From the NCBI GenBank assembly GCA_965112155.1, contig OZ218102.1: a stretch of 64,000 nt of DNA. One strand, 5' to 3'. The notes beneath the pieces are model-generated. The model was not told the origin of the DNA, ran no database searches, and saw only the letters and a list, made by a program, of their open reading frames with translations. Of this stretch, positions 51,301 through 64,000 are shown one piece after another. Source of the stretch: Podarcis liolepis (lineage: Eukaryota). Positions within the stretch are counted from its first letter, which is position 1, and each line of letters starts with the position of its first letter. Both the position numbers and the translations under genes were made by a program.

Positions 51301-54300
51301 CGATTTATATCCCTTTGCTGTTATGTTTGACAAATAAATGGGGAAAGTAACAAACTGGGGTTTAAGCAAATTGCTGGGAAAACCACAGACAGTGCAATCC
51401 TATACATGTTGACTTAGAAGGACGTCCTATTGAGTTCAACAATATTTACTCCCAGGTAAAAGTAGATATAGGATTCCAGCCCCCAAAACATCAGGTTTAA
51501 GCTTCAAATGCTCATTTGGAATATTGTGCCTGCAATAGTATGGACACTTGACAGGGACTAAATCCCACTGAATTCAACAGGGCTTACTTCCAGGTAGACA
51601 TTATAGGCTTTACACTGTAAAAGTTTCACACACACACACAGCCAACAACTCAACAAAAACTTTGCCTGTAAAAAACTTAATGAAAGAAATGGGTTCTTTC
51701 ACAACATGGATGTCTGATGTTTGGTCCTCACACTGGAGTTGCTGTGGCCTATTGGTGGTCATGTGAATTGAAATGTGACAACAGCATTACAATTTTATTA
51801 TATAGTTGTAAACCACTTAGAAGACATTTGGGCATATACACAGTATATAAATAAAAAGAAATAAAGTAATAATAAAAAAGTAACTTTTGAGACTACAATG
51901 TTTTATTGAAGCAGTTCCTACAATGTATCAAATTATTAACACTCTGACCAAACCTATTTGATTGCAGGCTTGCAAGCAGCATCACAAACTTCAGTGACTA
52001 ATGGTAATACCTCCAAAACTACTGAATATTAAGCATATGCATCATTTACAAAATGATTTCTCATGACAGAATTTTCATTCAATATCATCCTTCAACCATA
52101 AAGTCTCTCCTCACAAGAATAGTGCTCTTCAGATGATACCGAAACACATTATTTTGGGGCAACCAATAACTTCTTTGCAGCATGTGCGTGGAGAAACCAA
52201 TGACAAACGATCACACCGACATGCAGATTCTTAGGAGAAATTGTCCCTCAAAATTGTCAAAAGAATTAGTACAACAGATCTGTGGGGGTGGGTGGTTTTC
52301 CCTCAGCGCTTACTCTGTAGTCTGCTCAGTGACATTTGGGAGGAGGATCATGCATTGTTCTTATTATTTTTCCACATTTATTCAGTCTGTCTTCAGTATA
52401 GTAACAAAAAAAAGGCAGCAAACAGTAGTTTTCTTTATTTATTAAATTTCTATCCTGCTCTTACTTCCAAAGGAGCCCAAGGCAGCAAACAGTTATTCAT
52501 TCACTCATTCAGCCTTTATTGGCATAATGAGGCTTTGTTTTTAAAGGCAGTCGCTGGCAGTGTGTCTCCAGGGTTTCAGCCAATGAACTCTCCCAGCCAC
52601 ACCTGAAGATGCCAGGGATTGAACATCTACAGCAAAGTAGATGGCTCTATTACTTAGTCAAAGCTCTTCTGCTAACAATTAAAAATGAAACAAAAACATG
52701 TAAAAAAAATAATCAAACAAACCACATACCCTCACAGTCAACAACTTCAAGATTACCATTCAGCCATGAAATGCTTGGGTAAACAGGAATGTTTGTAAGT
52801 TGTTTCTCAACATTAATAATGAGGACGACAGATATAGGCCAATGCCAAATGGGCAGCACTCAGGGATGACACCACCAACAGTGCCTTCCTTGCTCATTGT
52901 AAGGCCCAAGATGGTTGAGACTGCTTTATAAAGAACTTGGGCCCAGAGCCCTTTAGCTTACAGTACAGTACAGTTCTGCAACTAGCTGCTGTCTCTTGGC
53001 TGCCTTCAAGAGCTGCCCCACACAGAGCACATTACGGCGCTCCAGACAGGGGGTCACCAAAATGTGGACAACTGGGGCCAGGCTATCCTGCTCCACGAAC
53101 AGCCATAGTTGGTGAACCAGCCTAAACTGGTCGTAAGCACACCCAACCACACAGAAGTCACTTGAGACTCCAGTAACTTTAGTAAGTTGAGCAGCATAAG
53201 CAGACAGTAGAGACTGTTATTTTCCAGCACCGCTAATAGCAAACCTCGAATTAGGAACACTAAAACTTGATAGCATGAGTAGCCAGCTGGCACTAGATTG
53301 AATTCAGTGGCCATTAAGCCCAGTACGAGTGGTTTGAGAAAGAACAGGGATTCAGCACATCTGGTGTTTAGTAAGTCCTGGCAATTCCTCTGAGGCATCT
53401 TGTGCTGACTGATATACCAAAGCACTGAAACCAGATGTTTTGACACACTGTAGTCTCCCTACAATCTAAGGCAGATACAGAAAGCCTTTCCAGAAGGCGG
53501 GTGAAGTGTTAAGATCCAAAAGCTTCCAAGGCAATGAACCTGAGTGACAGGGAAAGGTGACCCAGTATGAGGGGAACTGCAATCTCCTGAGGTAACAGGG
53601 CTTGCCAGCCAACATGACTTCCATCTTATCATGATTGGGTTGGGTTGGATTTCTCCTGTGCAGCTCACAATTGCAGTTCAGTTACTTGGTAACCACTGTC
53701 ACTATAGGAACTTTGTCTGGAGAAGAGTCATCAGCAAATATTGATAGGGTGGATCTCTGCAGATACCATGCAAGAGGTCCATGGAATCTCTTTGCTTCCA
53801 CCTTTAGAAACCAAAAGGAACACTCACCTGCACAGCTGTGACCGGCTGTGTTCCATTAAGACATTCAGTGAACAAATGTTGAAATTTTACATGCAGTCTT
53901 AATGGCTATATATTTTAAATGGTTAAATTGTAAGATTTAATTGCTACTTTTCACTCTAGAACTCTGTACCTGCTGCCTTCCCTACGCAGTACATTCTCAA
54001 AATATGTAAATAACACTTCCATATACAGGTAGTTGATTATTTTAATTTCCCCATATCTTTCCAATATTGACTTCATGAATGAGTCGCCTTTGGCATCCTG
54101 TCAGCTAAAGCTATAGGGAATGATAAATTCAGTTATTTTTGCTTTTGTTGAACTGTGCCAAAAAGAGAAATATTTTGCCCTCACAATGGAGAGATAATTT
54201 CTTTCCCTCATTCATGCCTGCTGCGATTTAAGTGGAAAAACACACATCACTTATGACCTGCCTCTACTTTGAAACAGCATCCATTCCTGGCAAGTAATCC

Positions 54301-54928
54301 TTTGGTAGATTCTTGTGTTCCCTAAAACCATATTATTCTAACCCACTATTGATGGACTCCATCCATTATCACTTGGAAGTAGTGTTAATCCCTCAGTAAT
54401 TAACACCTTCATTAAAGTAATTTGAGCTCAAAAGAAGTTTAAGGTGTATTATTGGCTTAGTTAAATTAAGCTTACTGGGAATAATTTCTACGTCATTTGA
54501 ACTTTCAGCTCCTTTCAGTTGAGTATTCCTAGTTTGTACATTATTCTGGATTTATTTGAAAGTGGGTCTAGCTACACAGAACAAGTTCCATTAATTGTAA
54601 GCTTAGAATGCTTCCAATTACAGGAAGTATCTATGATTTAGGCTGCTTCCCAAGCTTATTAGAAGAGCAATGAGATGCAAGTCAGCAAGAATGCAAAAAT
54701 AGAGACCAAACTTTATATTGGACAAAGGAAACAGAGTTGATCTTATCTTCTGTGCCTTTAAGCAAAGTATATAGCACAGTATCCGACAGCAAATTACTTC
54801 TTAAATTGAAAAACAAGCATATCAGTATAAGTATAAGATGGGCAAATAGTGGGGGGGGGGGCATGAAGTTTAGAAGCCAAGGCAGAAACCCCCTCAGAGC
54901 AACCAGTAGCCAAAGCCATTAACCAATA

Positions 54929-55070
54929 CATAGAATCATAGAACTGCAGAGTTGGAAGGGAGCCTGAAGATCATTTAGTTCAACCCCCTGCAATGCAGTT
55001 ATATCCATATGGAAATTGAACCTGCAACCTTGGTGTTATCAGCACCATGATCTAACCAACTGAGCTATCC
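54929..55070 (-). mobile_element. tRNA-Ile-like SINE with CR1-type tail
   Basis: Minus strand GGATAGCTCAGTTGGTTAGA..GGTGCTGATAACACCAAGGTTGCAGGTTC, ending cccttccaactct..ttctatgattctatg. Confidence 0.7.
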
Positions 55071-55087
55071 ACTAACTATCAGTACAA

Positions 55088-55170
55088 AATAAAAAAATTC
55101 CTTCCAGTAGCACCTTAAAGACCAACTAAGTTAGTTCTTGGTATGAGCATGCACACTTCTTCAGATACCT
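55088..55170. mobile_element. Penelope-like element terminal fragment
   Basis: ccagtagcaccttaaagaccaactaag..ggtatgagc..cacacttcttcagatac resembles squamate Penelope ends (from recall). Confidence 0.55.
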
Positions 55171-55807
55171 GTACAAAGATACCTGTACTGATATCTTCAG
55201 ATATCAGTACAAAGTCCACAGTATCTGGTAAGCATGTGAGCACTTAGGCAGTGAGCTATTTAGCATGTTTCAGCATGTGTTAATATTTCTGTTCAACATT
55301 AGAATGACACTATGGAATGCACCTACAAAAATGTACACTTGTTCATAACCTTTTGGCCCTCTGATAAACAGTTGGGACTGGATTTCACAAAGCCACTGTA
55401 CCTATTTCTCACATTAGCTACCCTGAAGAGGAGTGTACATCATGCTGAGTGAATGGATAACAGGTCTTAACCGCAGCTGTTTTGAACAGCTTCTAGAACC
55501 CAGTAGGATCAAGTGGATAATAATTGGTCCTTGATGCCAAATACCTAGCTACTTAAGGAAATCCTGCTGACTCTAGAAGGACAGCAGATGGGTAAGAACA
55601 TAAGAAGAGATCTCCTGAGCCTGCATAATCTGGTTTACCACAGTGGCCAAGCTCAAGAACACTGCATGAGGGCAATAGCTTTCTCCCACTGTTGAGAGGC
55701 ATTCTGCCTGTGATATTGGAGGTGTTGTGATGGCCATTTGCTTCATTGATAGCCTTATCCTTCATTAACTAGTCTAAACCTCTTTTAAAGCCAACTAAGT
55801 TGGACCA

Positions 55808-56180
55808 TTTGATGTCTTTGAATTATGGTGCTGGAGGAGACTCTTGAGAGTCCCATGGACTGCAAGAAGAGCAAACCTATCCATTCTTAAGGAAATCAGC
55901 CCTGAGTGCTCACTGGAAGGACAGATCATGAAGCTGAGGCTCCAATACTTTGGCCACCTCATGAGAAGAGAAGACTCCCTGGAAAAGACCCTGATGTTGG
56001 GAAAGATGGAGGGCACAAGGAGAAGGGGACAACAGAGGACAAGATGGTTGGATGGTGTTCTCGAAGCTACCAGCATGAGTTTGACCAAACTGCGGGAGGC
56101 AGTGGAAGACAGGAGCGCCCGGCGTGCTCTGGTCCATGGGGTCACGAAGAGTCGGGCACGACTAAACGACTAAACAACAA
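55808..56180 (+). mobile_element. Bov-B (RTE) 3' fragment inserted into a CR1 remnant
   Basis: RVPWTARRANLSILKEISPECSLEGQI...RRRGQQRTRWLD; ~13 differences in ~240 bp from the 1456 copy. Confidence 0.9.
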
Positions 56181-59100
56181 AGTTGATCCATCCCCATCAC
56201 ATCTTGTGGGACAGCAAATTCCACAGTTTAACTATGTTAAGTAGCACTTCCCTTTTGTTTGTCCTCACTCTCTCATCTTTCAGCTTCAGTTGATGATGCC
56301 AATGGCTTCTAGTATAGTGAGGGAGGCAAACTTGTTTCTGTCCAGTTTTCACACACCACAGATAACTTCATAAACTTCTATCATGTCCCCTCACCTTTTA
56401 CTCCCTTTTTTCTACGTTAAAAAGTCCTGACCATTGTAATCTCTGAAGAGTTGCCTCAGTCTCCTAATCATTTTGGTTGCCAGAAATTAACTGCACCTCT
56501 TTTTTTTACATGTTGTTACTTTGGGCACTTCCCAGTCTTCAGGTAGGAAGGCCAATCTATGGGACAATATACAGTTTTTTAAATGTTAGGTCAACTATTT
56601 TACATTTGAGTTGAGCAGGAGTTTGACAGTCACAGGTAGGTCCATTTGTGGTCTTCCAGCTCTGAACTCCTAGGCTTTAGTGTCTGTGTGGCACCAACAA
56701 CAATTATACCAGCCTTCTCCTTCTAACACCTATTTGCATAATCACAGTTTCCAATCCTGGAAAGCAATTCCTGCGAATTTCAGTCTGTTAAAATCGAAGG
56801 TCTGCCTACCAAATCAATTGAATGTGCTATATAGCCTTTTGGATATTTAAGGAACCAGGCTTTGAAAAACAAAGAATTGTGCATCTCTGTACATCAAGTT
56901 ATGAATCACAAGTCAGTCAGCACTGGGTTCAGTTGTGCAGCACTAGATCATTTTAGACCCTGGACTTAATGGTTTTATAGAGATTCCCCCTTTAGATAAC
57001 CAGAATGTTACCAGTTGTGAAGCATACCATTTTCTTTCCCTCCCACTGCACAACCAACATTTCATGCTTTCCAACTGCTTTGACATTCCTAACTGTTACA
57101 GCAAAAAATAAAACACAAAAAACCTGACAGCAGCACACTTTTTAAAAACAGAGTTGGCAAATTAATGACATTGAGTATGTGCAGTTTCACATTATAAAAA
57201 TTCACTTAAAACTCTCTACCATAGCTACAGGAACAAAATGGTGTTTGCTTCTGCCTCCCTGATACTAAAATACATTTACTTAGGAATAAGGATCATTTGG
57301 TTGTAGAAAAGAATAATTGATTTTTCCATCATCCAATACCACCCATACAAACAACTCTGGGCAAAGTATTTATTTAGGATGCATATATATATAAAAGTTT
57401 GCAATCAATAGCTCAAGAAGGCTTTATCTGTGGATTTCTGCAAGAATATGTCTTGAACTGGATCAACTTTGCTATAGTCATTCCATAAGGAATTACCAAT
57501 TAATTTCTACTTCTCACTTTAGTCGTTCTAGATCAGCTATGGAGGAATATATAAGGAGCAACAGTTAAATTATTATTATTATTATTACAGCAGGTTGCTG
57601 AAAGCAGAGGAGCATGTTTCATGTGGTTCTTTAGAGGCAGCCATTTTCACTTTGGGATGCTTGCCCCAGTTTTCAGTCACTATGAGGCCCGTGTCCACTC
57701 TGACAAAATTTCTAAATGAAAATAGCATGCAAAATGGCATGCAAAACAACAGTGTCAGTCAGCTGTGCTAGCTGGTGCTGATAGGAGTTGTAGTCTAAAA
57801 CACTTGGAGGGCACCCAGTTAGCAAACGCTGATATAGGTAGTCATGTATGTTACAGCACATACGTGCTGATCTACACAGCTGTTTCATGCTATTTCATAC
57901 GCAGAAGTGCTATCTACATCAAGCCTGAAACAGCCCTGAACATGTCTTCAAAGCACCAAAACTTTACAGTTAACTGCAGTGCGTGCTACGTTTATTAATT
58001 TGTGTCAGAAATAACCAGCAAAGGCTACCCCACGCTCCTACTAATCTTGCCCGTTGCCATGAAATCACACAGAAAAGAGTAAGCTGTTGTTGAGATAACT
58101 GGCTTCCATTAGTAAGCATGTGATTGGCAGGACGATAAAGTCTTTTCCCTCACAGGTCAGCTACTTTTTAAAAAGAGGGCAACCCTGCTGATCCATCTTT
58201 TAGCTACAGTCTCTCACTGAGTCCCAATTCTCTTGCCTTTTAGCTTTGATATGGTTCAAGCTTTCCCCCTTGTATCAGCCCCTACCTGTCATCAGCTCCT
58301 CTGTACCAAACAGCAAATATCAGGAGTTTGACCTCAGGGCACAGTCCGGGTGGGCAGGTAAAACCTGACCACTGGACCCACTTCCTTATCTTTCATATCC
58401 TGCAATTCATGAAACAGTATCGAATTCAAACTAAAAAACAGAAGCATGACCTCTTTCTGAAAAAGGCTCTGTTGCCTTTCTAAGTATGCTTGAAAAGAGC
58501 TGTCATTTGGCCTATTAAGAAAGAAATGGATCATAAATAGAAGGGAGAGGAAGAGTGTTAAATCCTTACTAAAAGCTAAATGTTGCTCTTTGTAAGGATT
58601 GACATCACTGCAATGAGCCGCGAGTAGATGAGGAAGAAAACAAAAAGGGACTGGTCTTCATTTACGTTCTGTATTCAGAAGCAAAGCAAAAATGATTGCA
58701 ACAAATTGTATTAAAATAGTTGTTGCTTAAATACCTGGAAGGCATTCCGCTTTTAATACATAATGGTGCACCTGGAACTCTGAATGGCAGATATAGGGAA
58801 CCTAATGAAAATATTATGTCATACTTAGGAGAGACACAACTCAGTTCAGCTTTTTCTTACGTAAACTAGGATTTATCATAATGGTCTACCTTCACTGGGT
58901 AGTTGTGAAAATGAATTGGGTAATGATTTTAAAGCAAAAGATAGAGTAGTTATGTAAAAGAGATTACTAATAACAATAAAAATTATAAATCCTATGATAT
59001 GAGGAAATGCAAAAGGTGCACCCTACATAAGGTAAATTAGGATTTTATATATATATTTGCATTTTCATTTCCGCCTCTCCTCATAAGGCCCTACTAGAAT

Positions 59101-59814
59101 CAAGCAGTCTCAAATATGATTTCAGCCTAAAGTAAAAGATTGACAAGAGATTATATTCTACAGAATAAAATGTTACTTTTAATGATGATGCATGATAACT
59201 CCAGCCTTAAACATGTTTAAAAAACAAACAAACCCACACGAAAGCCATTATTTGAACTTACTTACCACTTAACTATTTCACATAGCACCACACAGAAATA
59301 TGCGTCAAGATTGTACTCATTATGAGATCAGCATATATTAAAACAGCCTTTTCATTCAAATTTACAACTGTGCAAATACATTAGAATTCAACCTCACATC
59401 CTGACAACTGAATAGCTATACCCTTTTGCTTGTTACACGCGAAGTAGTGGGATAGTCATTTCCCCAATTTCCCCAAAATGTCAGAGGGGTAGTTGTGTTA
59501 TGTCTGTTGCAAGAAAATCAAGAGCCATGAGGGGCCAACAAACACATTTATGGCATAAGCATCTGATGATGTGGCTCAGAAGCACCAGGGTTTCTCCAGC
59601 CCGGCTTCCTGCAGCGGCATCTTGCTTCTCCCAAGCCACCCTCTAGCGAACCTACAGAGCAGCATGCAATGCAGCCAGGGATGGAGGGTCAACAAGTCAT
59701 TGTGTGAGTGGACATCATGTCATCTGCTAACACATAGGGTTGCTTGGACTATGAATCAAAGGCTTGGTGTTCAGTAAAATGTGACCATTAACAGGCATAC
59801 AAATAATGTCTTAC

Positions 59815-59888
59815 TTGTCTGAGGTCGATGAACGCTAACTGTAAGGTTTCTCCATGGAACCCAGGTACAGGCTCAGAGCTGGCGAACA
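59815..59888 (-). CDS. EXOC6: EXOC6 (Sec15A) third-last coding exon, 74 nt (FASSEPVPGFHGETLQLAFIDLRQ)
   Basis: Read manually: acceptor ttattacag|TG, donor CAA|GTAAG; peptide matches the Sec15 C-terminal region and joins in frame to LLDLF. Confidence 0.92.
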
Positions 59889-60729
59889 CTGTAATAACAA
59901 TAACAATAAATCCTTTCAATCAAGAATCCAGAATTTCTTTTCACTATAACATGGATCACCAAGCACTGGGATACTGACATTTTTAAGATCAATGATCTGG
60001 AAACACACCTTCATTGGCATATCCTCCCAACATTTCACCTCTGTCCTACAGTGCAGAGTTCCTGTGTCCCAAATAGCATGAAAAGGAGGCAGCTTTACTT
60101 TGTTTTGCATGGTGAATTTATCAGAAAAGCTTTTCAAAATTATTAGCAGTTCCAAAGCTGTCAGCATCTAATTTTGTCATTATAGCATTTGCTCTATAAA
60201 ATCTTCTTAGCCTAACCAGAGGCAGCACCCTGCCTGCTTGATCGCTTCCGCCACTAGCAGAATACCCCCTTCTCGCCAAATTTTGGAAGGAGGAGAGGCG
60301 TTCTGGTGTGCCACACTGCCGCTCATTTTCTCGCACCTGGGGCAGAGAAGATGAGCAGGAACACATTGCAGAATGCCCCTTCACTCAGCAGCTGTGGCAA
60401 GGGGAGAGGCATTGTGGCAGCAGTGGAAGGGGGGGTGGCATGGCCGAAGGAAGGCAGTGGCACATTCCCATTTCACTTCCGGTGGCAAAATGGGATGGTT
60501 AGTCCCTAAACCTAGCCATGGTAAGAAGACTGACAGTAAGCAGGAGGGAGCATAAAGATCCAAACAGGCAGAATAATCTAAGCCGAGTTACAGAAAAGAT
60601 AGAACGTTGTGTTTATGCCTTTAACAAGTTGTTCGTAATAGAATTCTACTCTTAAAATTCAAAAGTGTGTAAAAGCTATGTAAGAAGACCATACATTAAA
60701 ATGCAAACCATACAGAAGCTGAGCAATTA

Positions 60730-60952
60730 CAGTGGTACCTCTGGTTATGTACTTAATTCGTTCTGAAGGTCTGTTCTTAACCTGAAACTGTTCTTAACCT
60801 GAAGCACCACTTTAGCTAATGGGACCTCCTGCTGCTGCTGCACCACTGCACAATTTCTGTTCTCATCCTGAAGCAAAGTTCTTAACCTGAGGTACTATTT
60901 CTGGGTTAGTGGAGTCTGTAACCTGAAGTGTATGTAACCTGAGGTACCACTG
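60730..60952. mobile_element. Tc1/mariner MITE, same family as 9316-9554, opposite orientation
   Basis: TA-CAGTGGTACCTC...GAGGTACCACTG-TA; shared internal agcaccactttagctaatggg. Confidence 0.85.
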
Positions 60953-61289
60953 TAGTATGCAGGTTATGTTATAGACCAGGTAAAGGGAGTAAGCAGACAA
61001 GCTGCAATATGACCATTTTTACATCACAGTCCTAACTATGCCACTTGAAAATCAGTCCCATTGATTTCCAATGGATCTTACTTTCAAGGAACATGGCGTA
61101 GGCTCAGGTATTTGAATTTAAATGCGCTTCATCCAGATGTAATAAAATTTTATTATTTGAGGCTTCGCAGTAAGCATTGCTTTTATGTCATAGTTACAAA
61201 CAGATCTCCCTGTTTTGATTCATATTTGGAATTGATCCAGTTCAATCTGAGACAGAGTCCCCAAACTCAGAGGTATCTCCATAAGACAT

Positions 61290-61428
61290 NNNNNNNNNNN
61301 NNNNNNNNNNNNNNNNNNNNNNNNNNNNNNNNNNNNNNNNNNNNNNNNNNNNNNNNNNNNNNNNNNNNNNNNNNNNNNNNNNNNNNNNNNNNNNNNNNNN
61401 NNNNNNNNNNNNNNNNNNNNNNNNNNNN
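61290..61428. other. Assembly gap (139 N)
   Basis: Run of n. Confidence 0.99.
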
Positions 61429-64000
61429 CACCCCAAGCAATTTCTATTGGTTAATCAGACCCTGACCGAGTATTGATAGATGTTCTTCATGGTCTAAAGC
61501 AAGCCCTTGGTGCATGTGTATAATGGAGACACTATCTAAATACATTGGGCACCTGCTTTAGCCAATATCTAGGCAAGGGCAGCAATATCAAAGGGGGGCT
61601 ACTTTAGGTGAGTCTATGGAGTATGGGATTGATTTTTCCTCACAGACCACCGCTGAGTTTCAAATATAGTCTGCCACATGAAATAAGGTGTTGGGATTCA
61701 AGAAAATCAATTATACACCCTTATGGTTCATGGTTTGGTTCCAAGGGAAAAATATCACATCAAGGATTCTCTAATTATTCCAATGGGTTTTCACATACAC
61801 ATAGATGTCACTTCTGTTATGCTACCAGAACTCACCTCTTTAGCAAAGGGCTCAACCTTTGAGGAATTTTCCACTACACTGTGGTTTGTTCAGCACCAGG
61901 TTAAAAAGCTGGCTTTTTCAGTAGGCTGTTGGTCAGTGTTTTGTTTTGTTTTTTTACTTGTCTGGCTTCTGACTGTAACCTGAATATTGTAAACTATTTG
62001 GAATTTTATTCTGCTGCTACGTTTTCTGATATATCACTTGGTCGAGGAATAATGATCAGCTGTCATATTTATGATACAGTTGCATGGTCCACTTCAGCTT
62101 GTGAGACAAAAGGAAAAACTGAATTTGCTGTAGCAAGGTGCAGTCTCACATCTAGGATATTACCTCCCTGCAAAGCTGCCATTCAGCCATTCAGAATGAC
62201 AAAATGAGTATTAGCCTAAAACATGAACATCTGCTGCTAAAGTGAGCACATAATCTGTGAATCACTTTGCATGGTTTTAAAGGCAGAAAGCAGTTTACAC
62301 ATTTCTTAAAGAAAATAGCCACCACACTGCATGTGTGGATTTGTTAAGTTATACTACTATACCTTAAACCAACAGAAAGCCTTCCCCATATTGTTTTGTC
62401 TGCTAAGACATCCCTATGATACAAAATCCAGGAATGTTGCAGAGGACACTAGGTGATGCTTCACATTCAGTTCACATGGCATTCTGGTAACTGGCCAGGT
62501 CTATCATCCTGTGTAAACTGAGACTGCATTGTGTAATACTTCCAAAACTTTCCTGTGGTTGCACCTTGCAGGGAAGGGTTTGGGAACAGTGCATAAGCTG
62601 CCTTTTAGGCAACTTCTACCAGTTGTCTCGCTGGACATTTCACTGATGCATAATGGTGAAATCAGGTAGCAGGTAGAACGCCGAAAGTCAATTAACAATT
62701 CCAAAAGGTTTCTCTATCTGATGAGAGAGTGCTCATGGAATCACATCTTGGTATATTGGCTACTTCCTTTTTCCACATCATCTAATCATATACAGTAGCA
62801 AGACACTTCCTAGTGTAAATGGCACTGTCACCAAGTACCAAGCTCAAAATGTTGACCCAGGAGGGGCGAAGCTGAAGGGAGTGGGTGGTAAGATCATAAA
62901 TCACAGCTGGCACAGTGATTCGTGGAATGTGCCTATGGCACAGCTTGTGAAAGAAATGTCAGAAAGAAAGCAGATTCAGCACATTCTAGTGTGTGTGTGT
63001 GTGTGTGGCACACCCATTAAGCAAGACTGCCTGTGTTTTAGTTGAATTTTTCAGGGAACAGCTCAAGTTTACAAATGTTGAATCACCTATTTTGAACTTC
63101 TTGAAGTGAACTTAGACCTTCTTTTTTAATACCTTAAGTAATGAGTCAGTAACACTTGTATGAGTGACCTGAAACAATGACATTTCCTACCAAGCAAAGA
63201 TTCCGGCTGAATTTGAAGCAAGAACATATTTTACTTGTGGAGTGAGGTCCTACCATCCTCACTTCTCATTACTATTTTTTTCCTTTAAAATAGTATCAAA
63301 GCACTTGCTTTAATATAGCCAGTAACAGCTGACGGACTTATCTTACTAAACATGTTCCAGTATTAAAGTCATGGTTTTACTTTCTCCTTCCAGTACAGTA
63401 TAATCTGTAGACGCAAGGTTACATTTTTCTACAATAATATAAATATTATAAGGTTGGAAGGAACTCAAAGCCATTATGTAATGGTTCCTACCACACAAGA
63501 TATTCTGTAACAGAAGCATTGCAACAGATGCCGAACCACTATGTTATGAAAAACAAAAAACCCACAATGATCTCTTAGTTGTTTAATAAGGAAATGTGGG
63601 GGGCGGGTTTACAAACTGAGCAAATTTAATATAGCTTTATAAAACAGATTAAGGACATTTTAGTATATGAGAAGCAACTCATGGCAGCCAAAAATGGAAA
63701 TGTCCAGTTGTTTGCTTAAAAACTTTTTTTAAATTAGTTTTTATTACAGATTTTATTTTGTGTTACAAAACAAACAAATAACAGGAGAAAAATACAATGG
63801 GGGGATTGAGAGAGATGGGGGCAGGGCATTGTGTGCTTACAATTTTGAAGAACTGAGATTCCCTATTCCATTTGTTCCACTGCTGAATTAGTATAATATA
63901 TTTATAAACATTTTAAATGTTAAAACCTCTCAATTGGTTCTTTTAGAGTTCTGTTGAAAAGAAACTCACCAGAACAGTTTCTGAAAGACAAATACTAACA

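Noticed and set aside
53054-53446. 130-aa minus-strand ORF
   Set aside because: At best a decayed LINE (L2-like) remnant near an L2-type tail at ~52430; too degenerate to call.
59889-64000. Search for the next upstream EXOC6 coding exon
   Set aside because: No matching peptide seen; it presumably lies beyond the right edge of the window.

Overview
Vertebrate genomic DNA, most likely a lacertid lizard (full-length lacertid-type Sauria SINE, Bov-B/RTE, squamate CR1/L2, Penelope and MITE fragments). Two protein-coding genes lie on the minus strand. (1) A complete six-coding-exon CYP26C1 retinoic-acid hydroxylase, CDS join(13140-13538,15756-16319,19369-19524,21785-22060,22901-23125,23888-24100), ~610 aa, with a long insertion in exon 5. 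(2) The last three coding exons of EXOC6 (59815-59888, 32181-32293, 30230-30359), including a 27.5-kb intron. By the conserved EXOC6-CYP26C1-CYP26A1 order, CYP26A1 should start just left of the window. The CpG-rich first 5.6 kb holds three perfect DR5 retinoic-acid response elements and one DR2-like element. Other points of interest: a probable upstream 5' exon and TATA promoter for CYP26C1, a perfect DR2 and a mirror homeodomain/MEIS motif in the big EXOC6 intron, a candidate 11-nt poison microexon at the right edge, and direct repeats flanking CYP26C1 exon 4. Most ORFs in the supplied track are spurious. I see no wholly new gene system; the best leads are regulatory and splicing features of the RA-catabolism locus.
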